Source: a virus. Taken from it: a stretch of DNA of 64,000 nucleotides. Positions 34,595-45,246 of the stretch are shown in pieces. Position numbers and translations under genes: made by a program. Below the pieces are notes generated by a model. The model ran no database searches. It worked only from the letters and a program-made list of their open reading frames with translations, and was not told where the DNA came from. The DNA lies in IMG/VR virus record IMGVR_UViG_3300005573_000063, positions 32,001 to 96,000 of that record, one strand, 5' to 3'. Numbering within the stretch: position 1 is the stretch's first letter; the number at the start of each line of letters is the position of its first letter.

Positions 34595-35854
34595 GTGGAT
34601 ATTGAACGTTCATTTGTTAATTTATTTATAAATCCTGAAGCAATGATTAAAGTGTGGGATGACGGGGTAAGAAAGATTCATTTTGCAGACCCTTCAATGG
34701 CAGAGATTTTTGAATGGTCTATGAACTATTTCACCGAGTCTCGCTTTAAGTTCTGTCCTACTAAGGAGGTTTTAGAGCACCAATTCCCGGCTATTCGAAA
34801 TTGGTGGAGCGATGAAGAAATTCTGCCAGGCTACCTTATCTCGGAACTGTTGAAACGCTATAAAGTAAGAACTGTGCGAGATAAGATTCTCGCTCTAGCA
34901 CCTCTTGTGGAAGCAGAGCCAGATAGAGCTATTTCTACTGGACTGTCGGACTTTGTTTCTGTGCAGCAGGATACTGTACCTCGAAATAGAGTAACTTCTT
35001 ACGGACAAGGATTTAGTAATCGCATAGATCATTACATGGAGAATGTCTTAGGGAAGGTGAAAATAAGAGGAATTCCTACTCCATGGGATGCTCTCACTGA
35101 CCACACAAACGGGATAGAGAAGTCTGAGGTAGGCGTCTTAATTGGCTCTCCTAACTCAGGTAAGTCATGGATTCTAGCCTCCTTTGCTCTAGCAGCTGCT
35201 CAGTCAGGAGTGAAGACTTACTATGCCTCCTTGGAGAATGGTCGTCAGATGACCGATGAGCGTCTCGACTGCATTATGAGCGGTATCCCATTCTTCCGAT
35301 ATCACGCAGGATTACTCACTCCAGCGGAGACGAGTAGACTGAGAGATACGCAGGAAAAAATAGAGGCTCTAGGAGATTTCTTACGGGTTGATACTCCATC
35401 TAAAAGAGCAGATCGTACTGTGGCCGATATTTACACTGCAGCTAAGTATTGGGGCGCCGATATAGTAGTAGGGGATCAGCTTTCATGGATCACTCCCGTC
35501 TCCAATTTTGCAGCTAGCGCCTCTGAATCATTGGCTATGGGGGAGGTTATCTCCGATATTATGGTGGTGAGTCGAGAGATGCAAATAGCCTCTCTCTGGG
35601 GTGCTCAGTTCAACCGAGATGCCCGTAAGGGAGGGGGAGGGAAGCTGCATAACATCGGCCTTAGTCATAAGATTGAGGAGAATGTTGACTTTGCTTTCTC
35701 TATCTGGGCTGGCGAACAGCAGAAGGCATCTGAGGCATTAATCTTCGAAATCCTCAAGGGACGCCGTTTTCCTCATGGAAAATGGGTTCTGGACTTTCAG
35801 CTCCAGAACAAAACTAAAATAGGAATGGTTAGAGAATATTCCGATGAAAACTAG
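34595..35854 (+). CDS. DnaB-like replicative helicase
   Basis: GIPTPWDAL, GSPNSGKS, SLE, DQL, AQFNR, KGR. Confidence 0.88.
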   Translation: MDIERSFVNLFINPEAMIKVWDDGVRKIHFADPSMAEIFEWSMNYFTESRFKFCPTKEVLEHQFPAIRNWWSDEEILPGYLISELLKRYKVRTVRDKILALAPLVEAEPDRAISTGLSDFVSVQQDTVPRNRVTSYGQGFSNRIDHYMENVLGKVKIRGIPTPWDALTDHTNGIEKSEVGVLIGSPNSGKSWILASFALAAAQSGVKTYYASLENGRQMTDERLDCIMSGIPFFRYHAGLLTPAETSRLRDTQEKIEALGDFLRVDTPSKRADRTVADIYTAAKYWGADIVVGDQLSWITPVSNFAASASESLAMGEVISDIMVVSREMQIASLWGAQFNRDARKGGGGKLHNIGLSHKIEENVDFAFSIWAGEQQKASEALIFEILKGRRFPHGKWVLDFQLQNKTKIGMVREYSDEN

Positions 35855-36869
35855 GCAGTCTGTTTTAGATGAATTCAAAGGACAATTTGATGTAGGAGAT
35901 TTCCTAAGAGATGTCTTGGGTATTTGGGAGTTTGAGGAGAATGGGGACGAGTTAATCATGAGGTGTCCGTTGCCCTTTGATGGACACCTTCATGGAGATG
36001 AGAAACCATCAGCAGCTCTCAATCGAGATTCTCTCTTATTCAATTGCTTCACAGAGGCGTTGGGAGGAGATCTTTTATGGCTCGTACAGCAAGTGAAAGG
36101 AATTACTTTCCAAGAAGCTGCAGAAGAAATAGCTCAGTTTTGTCAGGGACGGGAGTTTAATAGCTCTTCTTTCTCGGAGAAGCTTTACTCTATCTTTGCT
36201 CCTTACGAGCTGTCTACCATCGAGCCTGTCCAATATGATGAACGCATCTTAAACCCTTGGATTCAGCATAGCTTCTATCTAGAGGAAAGAGGGATAACTT
36301 CCGCAATTCAACAAGAAATGAAGACTGGCGCTGTCACACGAGAAGAGGTGGGACATCAGGTAATTAGATGTGTAGTTCCTCATTTCTTTAAGGGTTCCCT
36401 TCTCGGCTGGACTATGAGATTTGTTTCTACGTATCCGGATACCCCTCAGTTACAGGTTCCAAAATATATTCACTCAGTGAACTTCCCAAAGAAGAATACT
36501 CTCTTTAATTATGACAAGATTGATCCTAATAAGCCTGTGTTGGTGGTGGAATCTCCGCTGTCTGTCTTGTATTTAATGTCTAATGGCGAGAGAAATTGTG
36601 TTGCAACATTTGGAGCAGCAGTAACAGATGGTCAGATTTCTCTACTTCGAGAATTCCCGGAGATTCTGGTATTTCCAGACGGAGATAAAGCCGGGTACGG
36701 TTCGACCTTTTCCCTACTGGATAGACTTAAAGATTTCTCCCATACACAGGTAGTTCTTCCGCTATTAGGGAAGGACCCTGCAGATATTGCAGATGTAAGT
36801 AATTACATTCGCTATAATATAAGGGATGGCACATCTCTTTCCTTGTCGAGAATCTTCTCCGGTAATTAG
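35844..36869 (+). CDS. DNA primase (zinc finger plus TOPRIM)
   Basis: CP...H.DEKPS...FNCF; VVES, ATFGA, DGDKAG, KDP. Confidence 0.88.
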   Translation: MKTRQSVLDEFKGQFDVGDFLRDVLGIWEFEENGDELIMRCPLPFDGHLHGDEKPSAALNRDSLLFNCFTEALGGDLLWLVQQVKGITFQEAAEEIAQFCQGREFNSSSFSEKLYSIFAPYELSTIEPVQYDERILNPWIQHSFYLEERGITSAIQQEMKTGAVTREEVGHQVIRCVVPHFFKGSLLGWTMRFVSTYPDTPQLQVPKYIHSVNFPKKNTLFNYDKIDPNKPVLVVESPLSVLYLMSNGERNCVATFGAAVTDGQISLLREFPEILVFPDGDKAGYGSTFSLLDRLKDFSHTQVVLPLLGKDPADIADVSNYIRYNIRDGTSLSLSRIFSGN

Positions 36870-37473
36870 GTCCCCAGGTATTCCCTGGTCTAATAGCGCT
36901 GAGCTAGTGAAGTACGTTTCCCCGTTTCATATTAGTGACTGGAAAGGATACTATAAAAAACTGGGCTTCGATCCCAATTTGAACTATCCATCTTCTTGGG
37001 AAATTAGGCAAGCTTTTCGTCAAATCTTAAAAGCTAAAAAGCTCACTGATAAAGAATTCGAAGAAGTTTTTACTGCGTATGAAACCCTAAAAGAATCTGC
37101 ATCTCAAATGCTATATGATATATCAGATTTTAATCTGAAATTAGTCAATGATAGAGCTAAAACTCCGAAGAAGAATCGTTATAGTTTTTATAAAGATTTT
37201 ACGGGAGATGTAGAAGATGAAAAGGTGATTTACTATCTCAATGCTGTAGGGTTGTGTCTTAATCATTTAGGTATTACGCAGGACGTTCGTATTGGATTTT
37301 CTCATGAATCAGTCAATTATGCGACACGAACATCGTATGGGACGGTATACTTCTTTGCAGACAACTCGGTTCTTCAATCATTGGAATATATAACTTTCTT
37401 CATTTGTTATATTATAAATAAAGATAGATGGTATGAGTTGCAAGCTAAGGCCCTTTATGGGCAGAAAGAATAG
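36826..37473 (+). CDS. Protein with degenerate J-domain-like N-terminus
   Basis: YYKKLG...EIRQAFRQ...AYETLK...YD; no HPD motif. Confidence 0.5.
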   Translation: MAHLFPCRESSPVIRSPGIPWSNSAELVKYVSPFHISDWKGYYKKLGFDPNLNYPSSWEIRQAFRQILKAKKLTDKEFEEVFTAYETLKESASQMLYDISDFNLKLVNDRAKTPKKNRYSFYKDFTGDVEDEKVIYYLNAVGLCLNHLGITQDVRIGFSHESVNYATRTSYGTVYFFADNSVLQSLEYITFFICYIINKDRWYELQAKALYGQKE

Positions 37474-37481
37474 GTAACAAT

Positions 37482-38249
37482 ATGTCATTTGCTAAAGGAA
37501 TTGCTAACGCTTCTTCATTAGCTCCAACTAAGAGAGATACTTCAACATGGGTAAGGTGGGCCGATAAGGAAACTAAGGTTCTGCGATTTCTCACTGACCC
37601 TGATGAAATTTTAATTATTCAACAGCATGGCTTCGTTGCAGGATTTGATGGGAACAAGAGAACTTATGTCTGCCCTCAGGGACTATCAGTAGGTTCTCCT
37701 GAATACCGTCCCTGTGACCTATGTCAACAAGGACAGAAGGCCAGAGAAATCGGTGTAGGGATTGCAGTTATTCGTACTGCCCTTCCCGTTACAGGACCGA
37801 GAGGATTTGGAACTGCAGTTTATGAAGACCTTTTGGAGGATGTAGAGGAGAATGGCGTTATTACGAAGCGTCCTTCAGTCGGTATTGTAAGTCAGTCATT
37901 AAAGAACTTCTGGGTGCCTGTGGGCGCTCTGTTCGATAAGTACGGGTCCCTCAAGAACCAAGACATTGAAATATTGCGGAATGGTTCGGATCTTCAGACT
38001 TCTTACATGGTTTTGCCTAATGTCCCCACTTCGGTTGACCTGAACTCCTATACTCCTTACCTTCCTCCGGTTGAGGAAATCATGTCTCGTATGGCTAGTA
38101 AGGAATATTTCGACAAGTTCTTGTATGGGATTACTGCTCCTGCTGGAACACCATCAGGTAATCATTCCTTCAGTGCTATTTCACCTAAGCCAGTGGAAGA
38201 AGATGATGCATGGGGACAGTTGAAGAGTAGGCTAGGAGGAGGTGCGTAA
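37482..38249 (+). CDS. Single-stranded DNA-binding protein (gp32-like)
   Basis: LRFL, H...C...CDLC zinc site, RNGSDLQTSY, acidic tail; position in the replication module. Confidence 0.7.
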   Translation: MSFAKGIANASSLAPTKRDTSTWVRWADKETKVLRFLTDPDEILIIQQHGFVAGFDGNKRTYVCPQGLSVGSPEYRPCDLCQQGQKAREIGVGIAVIRTALPVTGPRGFGTAVYEDLLEDVEENGVITKRPSVGIVSQSLKNFWVPVGALFDKYGSLKNQDIEILRNGSDLQTSYMVLPNVPTSVDLNSYTPYLPPVEEIMSRMASKEYFDKFLYGITAPAGTPSGNHSFSAISPKPVEEDDAWGQLKSRLGGGA

Positions 38250-38346
38250 TTTTGAAAATTGGCTCCTCATTCATCATCCTCCCTTCAAAAAGTCCTCTCT
38301 CGTTAAAATAGGGTTTTGATAATATAGAAGATAGAAAAGGACTATT

Positions 38347-41300
38347 GTGACATATACTGCCTTGCATGTGCACACCGAGTATTCCAAGCTGGACGGCGCC
38401 AGCAAGATAGAGGAATTAGTTGCCAGGGTAATAGAATTAGACCAGGACGCTGTGGCTATAACGGATCATGGCAATGTGGGAGGTCATCTCACACTTCAGA
38501 ATGCCTGTGATAAAACTGGTACCAAACCTATATTTGGAATGGAAGGGTATTTTTGCGACAATAGATTTGATAAATCCGGGAAGAAGGGTGAGAACTACGA
38601 CCATATGACTGTGTTGGCACTTAACAACACAGGATTATCTAATCTTTGGGCTCTTTCTTCTATGGCATTCTCCGAGGGGCTTTATTATGGTGATCCTCGA
38701 TTTGATTGGGACCTTCTGAAGAAATATTCAGAAGGTCTTGCCATTAGTGGAGGATGCATGGGAGGGTGTGTAGGGAAGTTCCTTAACCCTAAGGAGGGTA
38801 GTCGCAGCCTGGAGAAGGCTGTAGAACGTATCGGTGGGCTATTGAATATATTCAAGGACAACTTCTTCCTGGAAATTATCCCTTACGAGTCTGCGGGACA
38901 AAGAGAGGTAAATAGAGCTGTTATCCAACTAGGAGAAGAATACTCAATTCCTATCGTGGCTACTCCAGACTCTCACTATTTGCGTAGTGAGGATTGGATT
39001 CTGCATGAGACAATCACTGCTATTGGTATGAAGAAGACTCTTGAAGACGAGAAGAGATTACGTCATGACGAGGGACAACTTTCTTTTCCTTCGGAGGACG
39101 AAATTAGAAAGCGCTTGTCTTATCTCCCGGCAGCAAAAGTAGAAGAGGCTCTAGCTAACTCTGCACTCTTTGCTGCGAAAGCAGATGCTCGTATCAAAAC
39201 TGAAGTGAATATGCCAGTATTCTTTAGTTCTTTTGAGGAAGACTCTCGTCAATTGAAGAAGAAGTTGGCTGAGGGATTCAACAAAAGAATCATCGAGCGT
39301 CTTCCAGAGGAAGATCATGAGAGATACTGGAGGCGTTTAGACTATGAGCTTGGTGTTATTAACTCCAAGAAATTTGATGGATATTTTCTCACAGTAGAGG
39401 ATCTAGTTCGTTGGTCCAAGGAGAACGGTCTATTGGTTGGCCCTTCTCGGGGTTCTGTGGGAGGGTCTTTAGTAGCCTATTGCCTAGGCATTACAGAGAT
39501 AGACCCTATTCGATATGGTCTTATCTTCGAGAGATTTCTTAACCCTGGACGTACAAGTCTTCCAGATATTGACCTTGACTTTCCCGCAAATGAACGTGTG
39601 ATTGCGAGGGGATATTTAGAGAAGAAGTATGGAGCTGACAATGTAGCATCTATTGGCACATACACTGTAGTCGGATTAAAGATGGCAATTAAGGATCTTG
39701 CTCGTGCTCAAGGGATTAATTTCAAGGATGCTAATGACATTTCTAAGGCCATTGAAGAGTTAGCTATCACTGAAGATGAAATTGACACACTGGATACGGA
39801 TTATCATTTCAAGTTTGGGCCTTGGATTGGTAAGTACCCACAGCTCTTCAAAGACCTTCCCAAGTATTTAGGGCACCTGAGAAACAACAGTGTCCATGCC
39901 TCAGGAGTAGTTTTTTCTAAGGACACCCTAATAGGGGCTCTCCCACTGCTACGTGACAATGGATCCTCCGAGTGGGTTACTCAGCAGGATATGCATGATG
40001 TGGAAAAGGAGGGATTTGTAAAGCTGGACATGCTGGTAGTGAGAAATCTCTCTACTCTCATGAAGGCGTTTGCAGCCATTCGAGCAAATGTTAATTCTAC
40101 CTTCCCTCACTTCTACGAATGGCAATATCAGTCTCCTTCTTTTTATGAAGATGAAGGGGTATGGGACAGTATTGACACTGGAAAGAATATTGGCTGTTTT
40201 CAGATAGAGTCTGCTGGTCTGAGAAGAGAGGCAGTACGCCTACGCCCTAGAAGCATTGAAGACTTAGCTGCTCTTATTGCTGCATATCGTCCCGGTCTTC
40301 TAGACGCTAAAGACCCTGAGAGTGGGTTATCTCTTTTTGAACTATATGTGCAAAGAAAGAATGGCTCTAGGGAGACTACATATCTTCACCCTATCCATCA
40401 AGTAATTACTGAGTCCACGTATGGCTGTCTTCTTTATCAGGAACAGTGTATTCGTCTGTGCACCGACATGGCTGGCTATACCACGGCCGAAGCTGACGAT
40501 ATGAGAAGCTACATCGGTAAGAAGAATGCAGAGAAATTAAATGCAGAGCGTCCTAAGTTTATCTCAGGATGTACACAGAAAGGAGTGAGTGAGGAGATAG
40601 CTGAAATTATCTTTGATGAAATGGCTGCTCATGGTCGCTATTCATTCAACGCTAGTCACTCTATTGGGTACGCTATTCTTGCTTACTGGACTGCATATTT
40701 GAAGTTTCACTTTCCTACTGAATATATGACAGCATTACTTCAGACAAACCCATCTCGTGCAAGCGTATATATTCGAGAATGTAGGCGTATGGGAATTGAT
40801 GTATTGGGTCCTGATATTAATGAATCTAGAATGGAATTTTCTCAGACTGCAAATAGGGTAATACGCTATGGTTTGGGGCAAATCAAATGGGCGCCTGCCT
40901 CCACTCAATTACAGGATTTTCGTCCATTTACCTCAATTCAGGACATTGTTGAGAGAGTTGATAAAAGAATTCTCAATAAGAGAGCATTCTATTCGTTAGC
41001 GCTGGTGGGAGCTATGGATTCGCTAGCATTTACTGCCCCTGAACACTCAGGCTACTCTAAGATGCAGGATATACTGTATGAGTACCATGTTCAAAGGAAA
41101 GATTGGAAGACGAAAGATTCGTTTCATTATAACTCTTGCATTATATGTGAAGGTAAATTGACTGAATTCGAGTGCATGTGTGAAGAGCTACGAGTAAATC
41201 ACCGAGAAGAGCATGAGTTAGAAAGATTAGGGGTTTTGGTAGGTCAAGACATCCTCACTCGTTATGCAGACATCCTCCTGGAGGAAACAGATTATTCGGG

Positions 41301-41625
41301 ATTCACCTCTATGCTCCTGGGCTCTAGGGCACGAGTAGGAGGAGTAGTTGTGAGCATTACCAAAAAGATAGTTAAGAATGGAGCGAATGCCGGAAAGGAA
41401 ATGGCAATCATACAGGTTCAAATGTCGGCTCCTCTTCTGGAGGTGACCGAAGATACGGCCTCGCTAGATGAGGCAATGACAGATGATATGGTAGAACTGG
41501 TTGTATTTGCTGGAGAATTTGAAGAGATAAAGAAGGACCTTCAATTAGGTGTTCCTGCAATTTTCTTGGTACAAAGATTAGATCACAGTTTAGCTGTGAA
41601 GAAGATGATGTTACTTACTACATAA
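38347..41625 (+). CDS. dnaE: DNA polymerase III alpha subunit
   Basis: PHP motif LHVHTEYS.LDG, ITDHG; RGSVGGSL; PDIDLDF; HASG; KLDML; FNASHS. Confidence 0.95.
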   Translation: MTYTALHVHTEYSKLDGASKIEELVARVIELDQDAVAITDHGNVGGHLTLQNACDKTGTKPIFGMEGYFCDNRFDKSGKKGENYDHMTVLALNNTGLSNLWALSSMAFSEGLYYGDPRFDWDLLKKYSEGLAISGGCMGGCVGKFLNPKEGSRSLEKAVERIGGLLNIFKDNFFLEIIPYESAGQREVNRAVIQLGEEYSIPIVATPDSHYLRSEDWILHETITAIGMKKTLEDEKRLRHDEGQLSFPSEDEIRKRLSYLPAAKVEEALANSALFAAKADARIKTEVNMPVFFSSFEEDSRQLKKKLAEGFNKRIIERLPEEDHERYWRRLDYELGVINSKKFDGYFLTVEDLVRWSKENGLLVGPSRGSVGGSLVAYCLGITEIDPIRYGLIFERFLNPGRTSLPDIDLDFPANERVIARGYLEKKYGADNVASIGTYTVVGLKMAIKDLARAQGINFKDANDISKAIEELAITEDEIDTLDTDYHFKFGPWIGKYPQLFKDLPKYLGHLRNNSVHASGVVFSKDTLIGALPLLRDNGSSEWVTQQDMHDVEKEGFVKLDMLVVRNLSTLMKAFAAIRANVNSTFPHFYEWQYQSPSFYEDEGVWDSIDTGKNIGCFQIESAGLRREAVRLRPRSIEDLAALIAAYRPGLLDAKDPESGLSLFELYVQRKNGSRETTYLHPIHQVITESTYGCLLYQEQCIRLCTDMAGYTTAEADDMRSYIGKKNAEKLNAERPKFISGCTQKGVSEEIAEIIFDEMAAHGRYSFNASHSIGYAILAYWTAYLKFHFPTEYMTALLQTNPSRASVYIRECRRMGIDVLGPDINESRMEFSQTANRVIRYGLGQIKWAPASTQLQDFRPFTSIQDIVERVDKRILNKRAFYSLALVGAMDSLAFTAPEHSGYSKMQDILYEYHVQRKDWKTKDSFHYNSCIICEGKLTEFECMCEELRVNHREEHELERLGVLVGQDILTRYADILLEETDYSGFTSMLLGSRARVGGVVVSITKKIVKNGANAGKEMAIIQVQMSAPLLEVTEDTASLDEAMTDDMVELVVFAGEFEEIKKDLQLGVPAIFLVQRLDHSLAVKKMMLLTT

Positions 41626-41634
41626 AGGAATAAA

Positions 41635-42765
41635 ATGGTTGATACTGGCAAAGTTCGATTCTCTACATTGGCTGAGAGATTAAATAAGGAGTTCATGAAG
41701 GTGCATGCTCAGAAGCCGATAATCCAGTTGGCTAGTGACCTAGAGGATGTACGAGCAATCCCTTGTTTTTCACCAATGATAGGGTATATTTTAGGAATTG
41801 GAGGATGGCCTGAGGGTAAGCTCATTGAGTTGTTTGGTAAAGAGCATTCCGGAAAGACCTCATTCTCATATCTATTTTTGAAGGATTGCTATGACTTCTA
41901 TGGAGGAGAGCGCAAGGTAGCGTATATAGACATAGAGCATCGTTTCAATAAGCGTTGGGCTATTCAGCTTGGATTAGATCCCAAGTCTGTATATGTTGCT
42001 ACTCCTGATGATGGAGAGCAAGCTACTGATATCATGCATGAACTTATTGACCAGGGTGATACGGCTGCTGTAGTATTTGATTCCGTAGGAGCAGCTGCCC
42101 CTAGCCACGAATCTTTGCGCTTCTCGGATGCAAAGACACGTCAGGGAGGAAATGCTGCCATTATGTCTCGTAATATGCGAACTATGGGGCCTTTGGCTGA
42201 CAACAATAGAACTACTGTTATTTACATCAATCAAATGAGAGAAGACATGTCCGGGTACAATCAGCCTATTACTCCAGGTGGAAGAGCTGTAAAACACCAC
42301 ACCTCAGTAAGACTCTATCTACGTCCAGCTGCGGAAAAGGAGCATTTCAAGGGAGTGAATCTCTCCGGGGAAAAAATAGAGGTAGGTTTTCCTATTAGTG
42401 TAAAAGGGGTCAAGAATTCTTTTGGAACACAAAGAGAAGGAACAGTAAACTTCTATAATCAACCTAGTCCCTTGTTTAATGGAGTAGGGGTTGATACAGA
42501 GCAGGACTGGTGTAGACTTGGGCTTTTGTTCGGTGTAGTTGAACGCAGAGGACCTTACTATTACTGGAACAATATTCAAGTCCAAGGAAGGGATCCTTTT
42601 TTCAAGAAGATAAAAGATGACGGTCTTATGGACGTATATTCATCTGAAGTTCAATCTATGTTCAAGAAAGATGGAGCCGTTCTCGTGGAGAATACTGAGC
42701 CTCCCATAGAATTTGAAGGACCAGATGTAGTGGATGAAGAAGAAGGTGGGGATGGAGATGAGTAA
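41635..42765 (+). CDS. recA: RecA-like recombinase
   Basis: GGWPEGKLIELFGKEHSGKT, DIEH, FDSV, INQMRE, TPGGRA. Confidence 0.9.
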   Translation: MVDTGKVRFSTLAERLNKEFMKVHAQKPIIQLASDLEDVRAIPCFSPMIGYILGIGGWPEGKLIELFGKEHSGKTSFSYLFLKDCYDFYGGERKVAYIDIEHRFNKRWAIQLGLDPKSVYVATPDDGEQATDIMHELIDQGDTAAVVFDSVGAAAPSHESLRFSDAKTRQGGNAAIMSRNMRTMGPLADNNRTTVIYINQMREDMSGYNQPITPGGRAVKHHTSVRLYLRPAAEKEHFKGVNLSGEKIEVGFPISVKGVKNSFGTQREGTVNFYNQPSPLFNGVGVDTEQDWCRLGLLFGVVERRGPYYYWNNIQVQGRDPFFKKIKDDGLMDVYSSEVQSMFKKDGAVLVENTEPPIEFEGPDVVDEEEGGDGDE

Positions 42766-43162
42766 AATACATGATCTTGCTAACCGTCACGAGAAAGAAA
42801 TTCAGCAATCCATCCCTAATTCGTTTAGGACTATAGCATCCGGGTCTAAACACCAAAAAGGTGATGTAGCCACATATGACGATGGTACGGACTATCAGCT
42901 TTTTGTAGAAGCTAAATGTACACAAAACTCGTCCTATAGATTAGGGCTCGAATTACTTAAAAAAGTTGAAGAACAATCTTTGTGTCGTGGACTTAGCAAA
43001 AGACCTGTATTAGCAATTCGATTTTATGGGCCTTCTGAAAATCCTCTTCCTACACCTCACTCTATTTCTCCTTCTAATGTTGCAAATCTAGGAGATTATT
43101 TGGTAGTCAAGAAAGAAGACTATCTAGAGCTATTGCAAAAGGCATTCCCGGATGGTCAGTAA
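42734..43162 (+). CDS. PD-(D/E)xK Holliday-junction-resolvase-like nuclease
   Basis: HE...SGS...KGD...VEAKCT. Confidence 0.7.
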   Translation: MKKKVGMEMSKIHDLANRHEKEIQQSIPNSFRTIASGSKHQKGDVATYDDGTDYQLFVEAKCTQNSSYRLGLELLKKVEEQSLCRGLSKRPVLAIRFYGPSENPLPTPHSISPSNVANLGDYLVVKKEDYLELLQKAFPDGQ

Positions 43163-43922
43163 ACTTACTCGTACTCTAGATAGTATTACCAACGGAAGTC
43201 TCGTCACTCCCTACCTGGAGGAGGCTATTTTACGACAGGATTGGCCTGCGGAATACCCTATTCGAGTTCATAACTCGAAATTCCATCCCTGGAATAATCG
43301 TTTTCATCCTAGCTCAGATATCAAAGCTAATGATTTAGACTTATATTATCAAAAACATCCCTCTTATGGGCCATATCTCAAAAAAGAAATAGTCACTCCA
43401 TCAGTCATAATGGCATGGCAAATAGGGTCTGCTCTTCATGCCATGCTACAATCTATGATGGTGCATATTGGCCTCACTACTGTGGAAGAATGCGAAGTTT
43501 ACTTCAAGGAACAGAAGCTCGGTGTATCAGGTAGTTGTGATGTGCGTAGAGCTTTTCTCCCCTCCGGACAGACTCCGCTTATAGACATTAAAACCTGCAG
43601 CAAGATGCCAATAGTGGCTGATCCTTCTCATGTCTTACAGGTTCAGGTATATATGGACTTATTGGAAGAGAAGCCTCGGGATCTAGGTTCTGTACTCTAT
43701 TTAGAGAAAAGTGCTCCTCATAAAATGAAAGACTTCCCAGTCTACCCTAACCCTCACGCTCTAGATAATCTTTATCAGAAATGGATTAGAGTAAGAGAAG
43801 CCGTAGAAAACAATGATGTTTCTGGCTTAAGATGCAAATGCGAAGGGCAAGTTTCGGCTGCTCATAATGGATGTCCTCAAAGACTAGAGTACGAAAATTA
43901 CTTTGCCGCATTAGGAAAGTAA
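43152..43922 (+). CDS. Cas4/RecB-like PD-(D/E)xK exonuclease
   Basis: FHPS, GSALH, SGSCD, IDIKT, QVQVY, terminal Cys residues. Confidence 0.75.
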   Translation: MVSKLTRTLDSITNGSLVTPYLEEAILRQDWPAEYPIRVHNSKFHPWNNRFHPSSDIKANDLDLYYQKHPSYGPYLKKEIVTPSVIMAWQIGSALHAMLQSMMVHIGLTTVEECEVYFKEQKLGVSGSCDVRRAFLPSGQTPLIDIKTCSKMPIVADPSHVLQVQVYMDLLEEKPRDLGSVLYLEKSAPHKMKDFPVYPNPHALDNLYQKWIRVREAVENNDVSGLRCKCEGQVSAAHNGCPQRLEYENYFAALGK

Positions 43923-43942
43923 ATAGTTGCTATTATAGTTAT

Positions 43943-44443
43943 ATGAATATTTTAAGTATGGACCCTGGAGTAGCTAAAGTCGGAATTGCCATTACATCTG
44001 ACACTTCTTTAGTACATTGTGAGTTTCTTACCGAACCTATTCCTAAGCCTCTTCAATTTCATATGCGATGTAATAATCATATGCAATACCTCATTCCCCT
44101 TTTGGGGAATCTTTTGGTTGAATATGAAGTTACGCATGTAGCATGGGAAATTGTTCCCTCTTTTGCTTCCTTTAGAAGTCGAGACTTGGTAATAGCCACT
44201 GCCGATGTTTTAAAGGTTTTAACGTTTCAAAATTCCCTCCCTTATTGTGCTATTACGCCACAGGCGTGGCATAAGACTCTTATGGGATCAACCAAAGATA
44301 TCACTAAACAACTGGTAAAAGATAAAATTACCTCACTCTATCCTAATCTTAAAGATGATTTTCCTTATGATGTTTATGACGCTATTGGAATCAATATCGT
44401 AGCTCGTCAAAAAAATACATGGATAGGTGATAAAAATGCCTGA
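43943..44443 (+). CDS. RuvC-like resolvase
   Basis: ILSMDPG...WE...TPQAWHK...TK...DVYDAIGI. Confidence 0.8.
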   Translation: MNILSMDPGVAKVGIAITSDTSLVHCEFLTEPIPKPLQFHMRCNNHMQYLIPLLGNLLVEYEVTHVAWEIVPSFASFRSRDLVIATADVLKVLTFQNSLPYCAITPQAWHKTLMGSTKDITKQLVKDKITSLYPNLKDDFPYDVYDAIGINIVARQKNTWIGDKNA

Positions 44444-44526
44444 TGAGAACAAAAGAAATGCAAAATACGGACTACGGGTAGGAGATTTTATAGAAACTAT
44501 TTCGATTAAAGAACTAAGAGAAAAAA

Positions 44527-44931
44527 ATGGAGACAGCTATGGAAATTAGTAATGATGCCCCACAGAGTGATCGCCCTCGCCAGGTACGTAAACAAAATAT
44601 CATGAAGTCCGGGGAGATGACCTGGAAACTCTTAGAGAGTGTCTTGAAACATTACAATGAATTCAAAGCTCTGCTCGAAGAAACTGGCATAGATGAGATT
44701 ACTCTTGATAATGGAGTAGTCATTAACTATTGGGACCTTCTCACGGGAATTGAGAACCTTCCAGAGCGTCAACGTTTGGCTGTTACATTGATGTGTCTAG
44801 AGGGACTGAAAGAAACAGATGCCGCTAAGTACATGAACTATGCCAAATGGTCTTCTCCCGCAGGTCTGTACAAGAGAATGGGGCTCAAGACATTAGTACG
44901 CCTTTACTACAATAAGAAAGAAGTAGACTAA
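44527..44931 (+). CDS. Sigma-70 region 4-like transcription factor
   Basis: LPERQRLAVTL...GLKETDAAKYM. Confidence 0.65.
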   Translation: METAMEISNDAPQSDRPRQVRKQNIMKSGEMTWKLLESVLKHYNEFKALLEETGIDEITLDNGVVINYWDLLTGIENLPERQRLAVTLMCLEGLKETDAAKYMNYAKWSSPAGLYKRMGLKTLVRLYYNKKEVD

Positions 44932-45246
44932 TGGCTAGTGCTCTTCCTCCTCCGTCTATAGAGGAAATGCTAACTGAATATGGGATCACTCCGCATAAGG
45001 ATTTCTATAAATGGCCTCGTTCTACGCAACTAGACTTTATTGCCGAACGCATTCTAGCATCTAATCGTAAGACGAAGAGTCATCAAATGATGAAAGAAGA
45101 GGGATATCTATCTCGTTCTCAATTAGAAAGACGTAGAGACGGAGAAGTCTATGCTGAAGATGGCAACGTAGAACTCTTAGCGGTAGCTCGTAGAGGAATA
45201 TATTCCCGAGCTTATCGAGAAAGTAATAGGAAGCCAGGTCTTTCTC

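Noticed and set aside
36826-37473. Functional DnaJ co-chaperone
   Set aside because: Helix patterns resemble a J domain, but the essential HPD tripeptide is absent.
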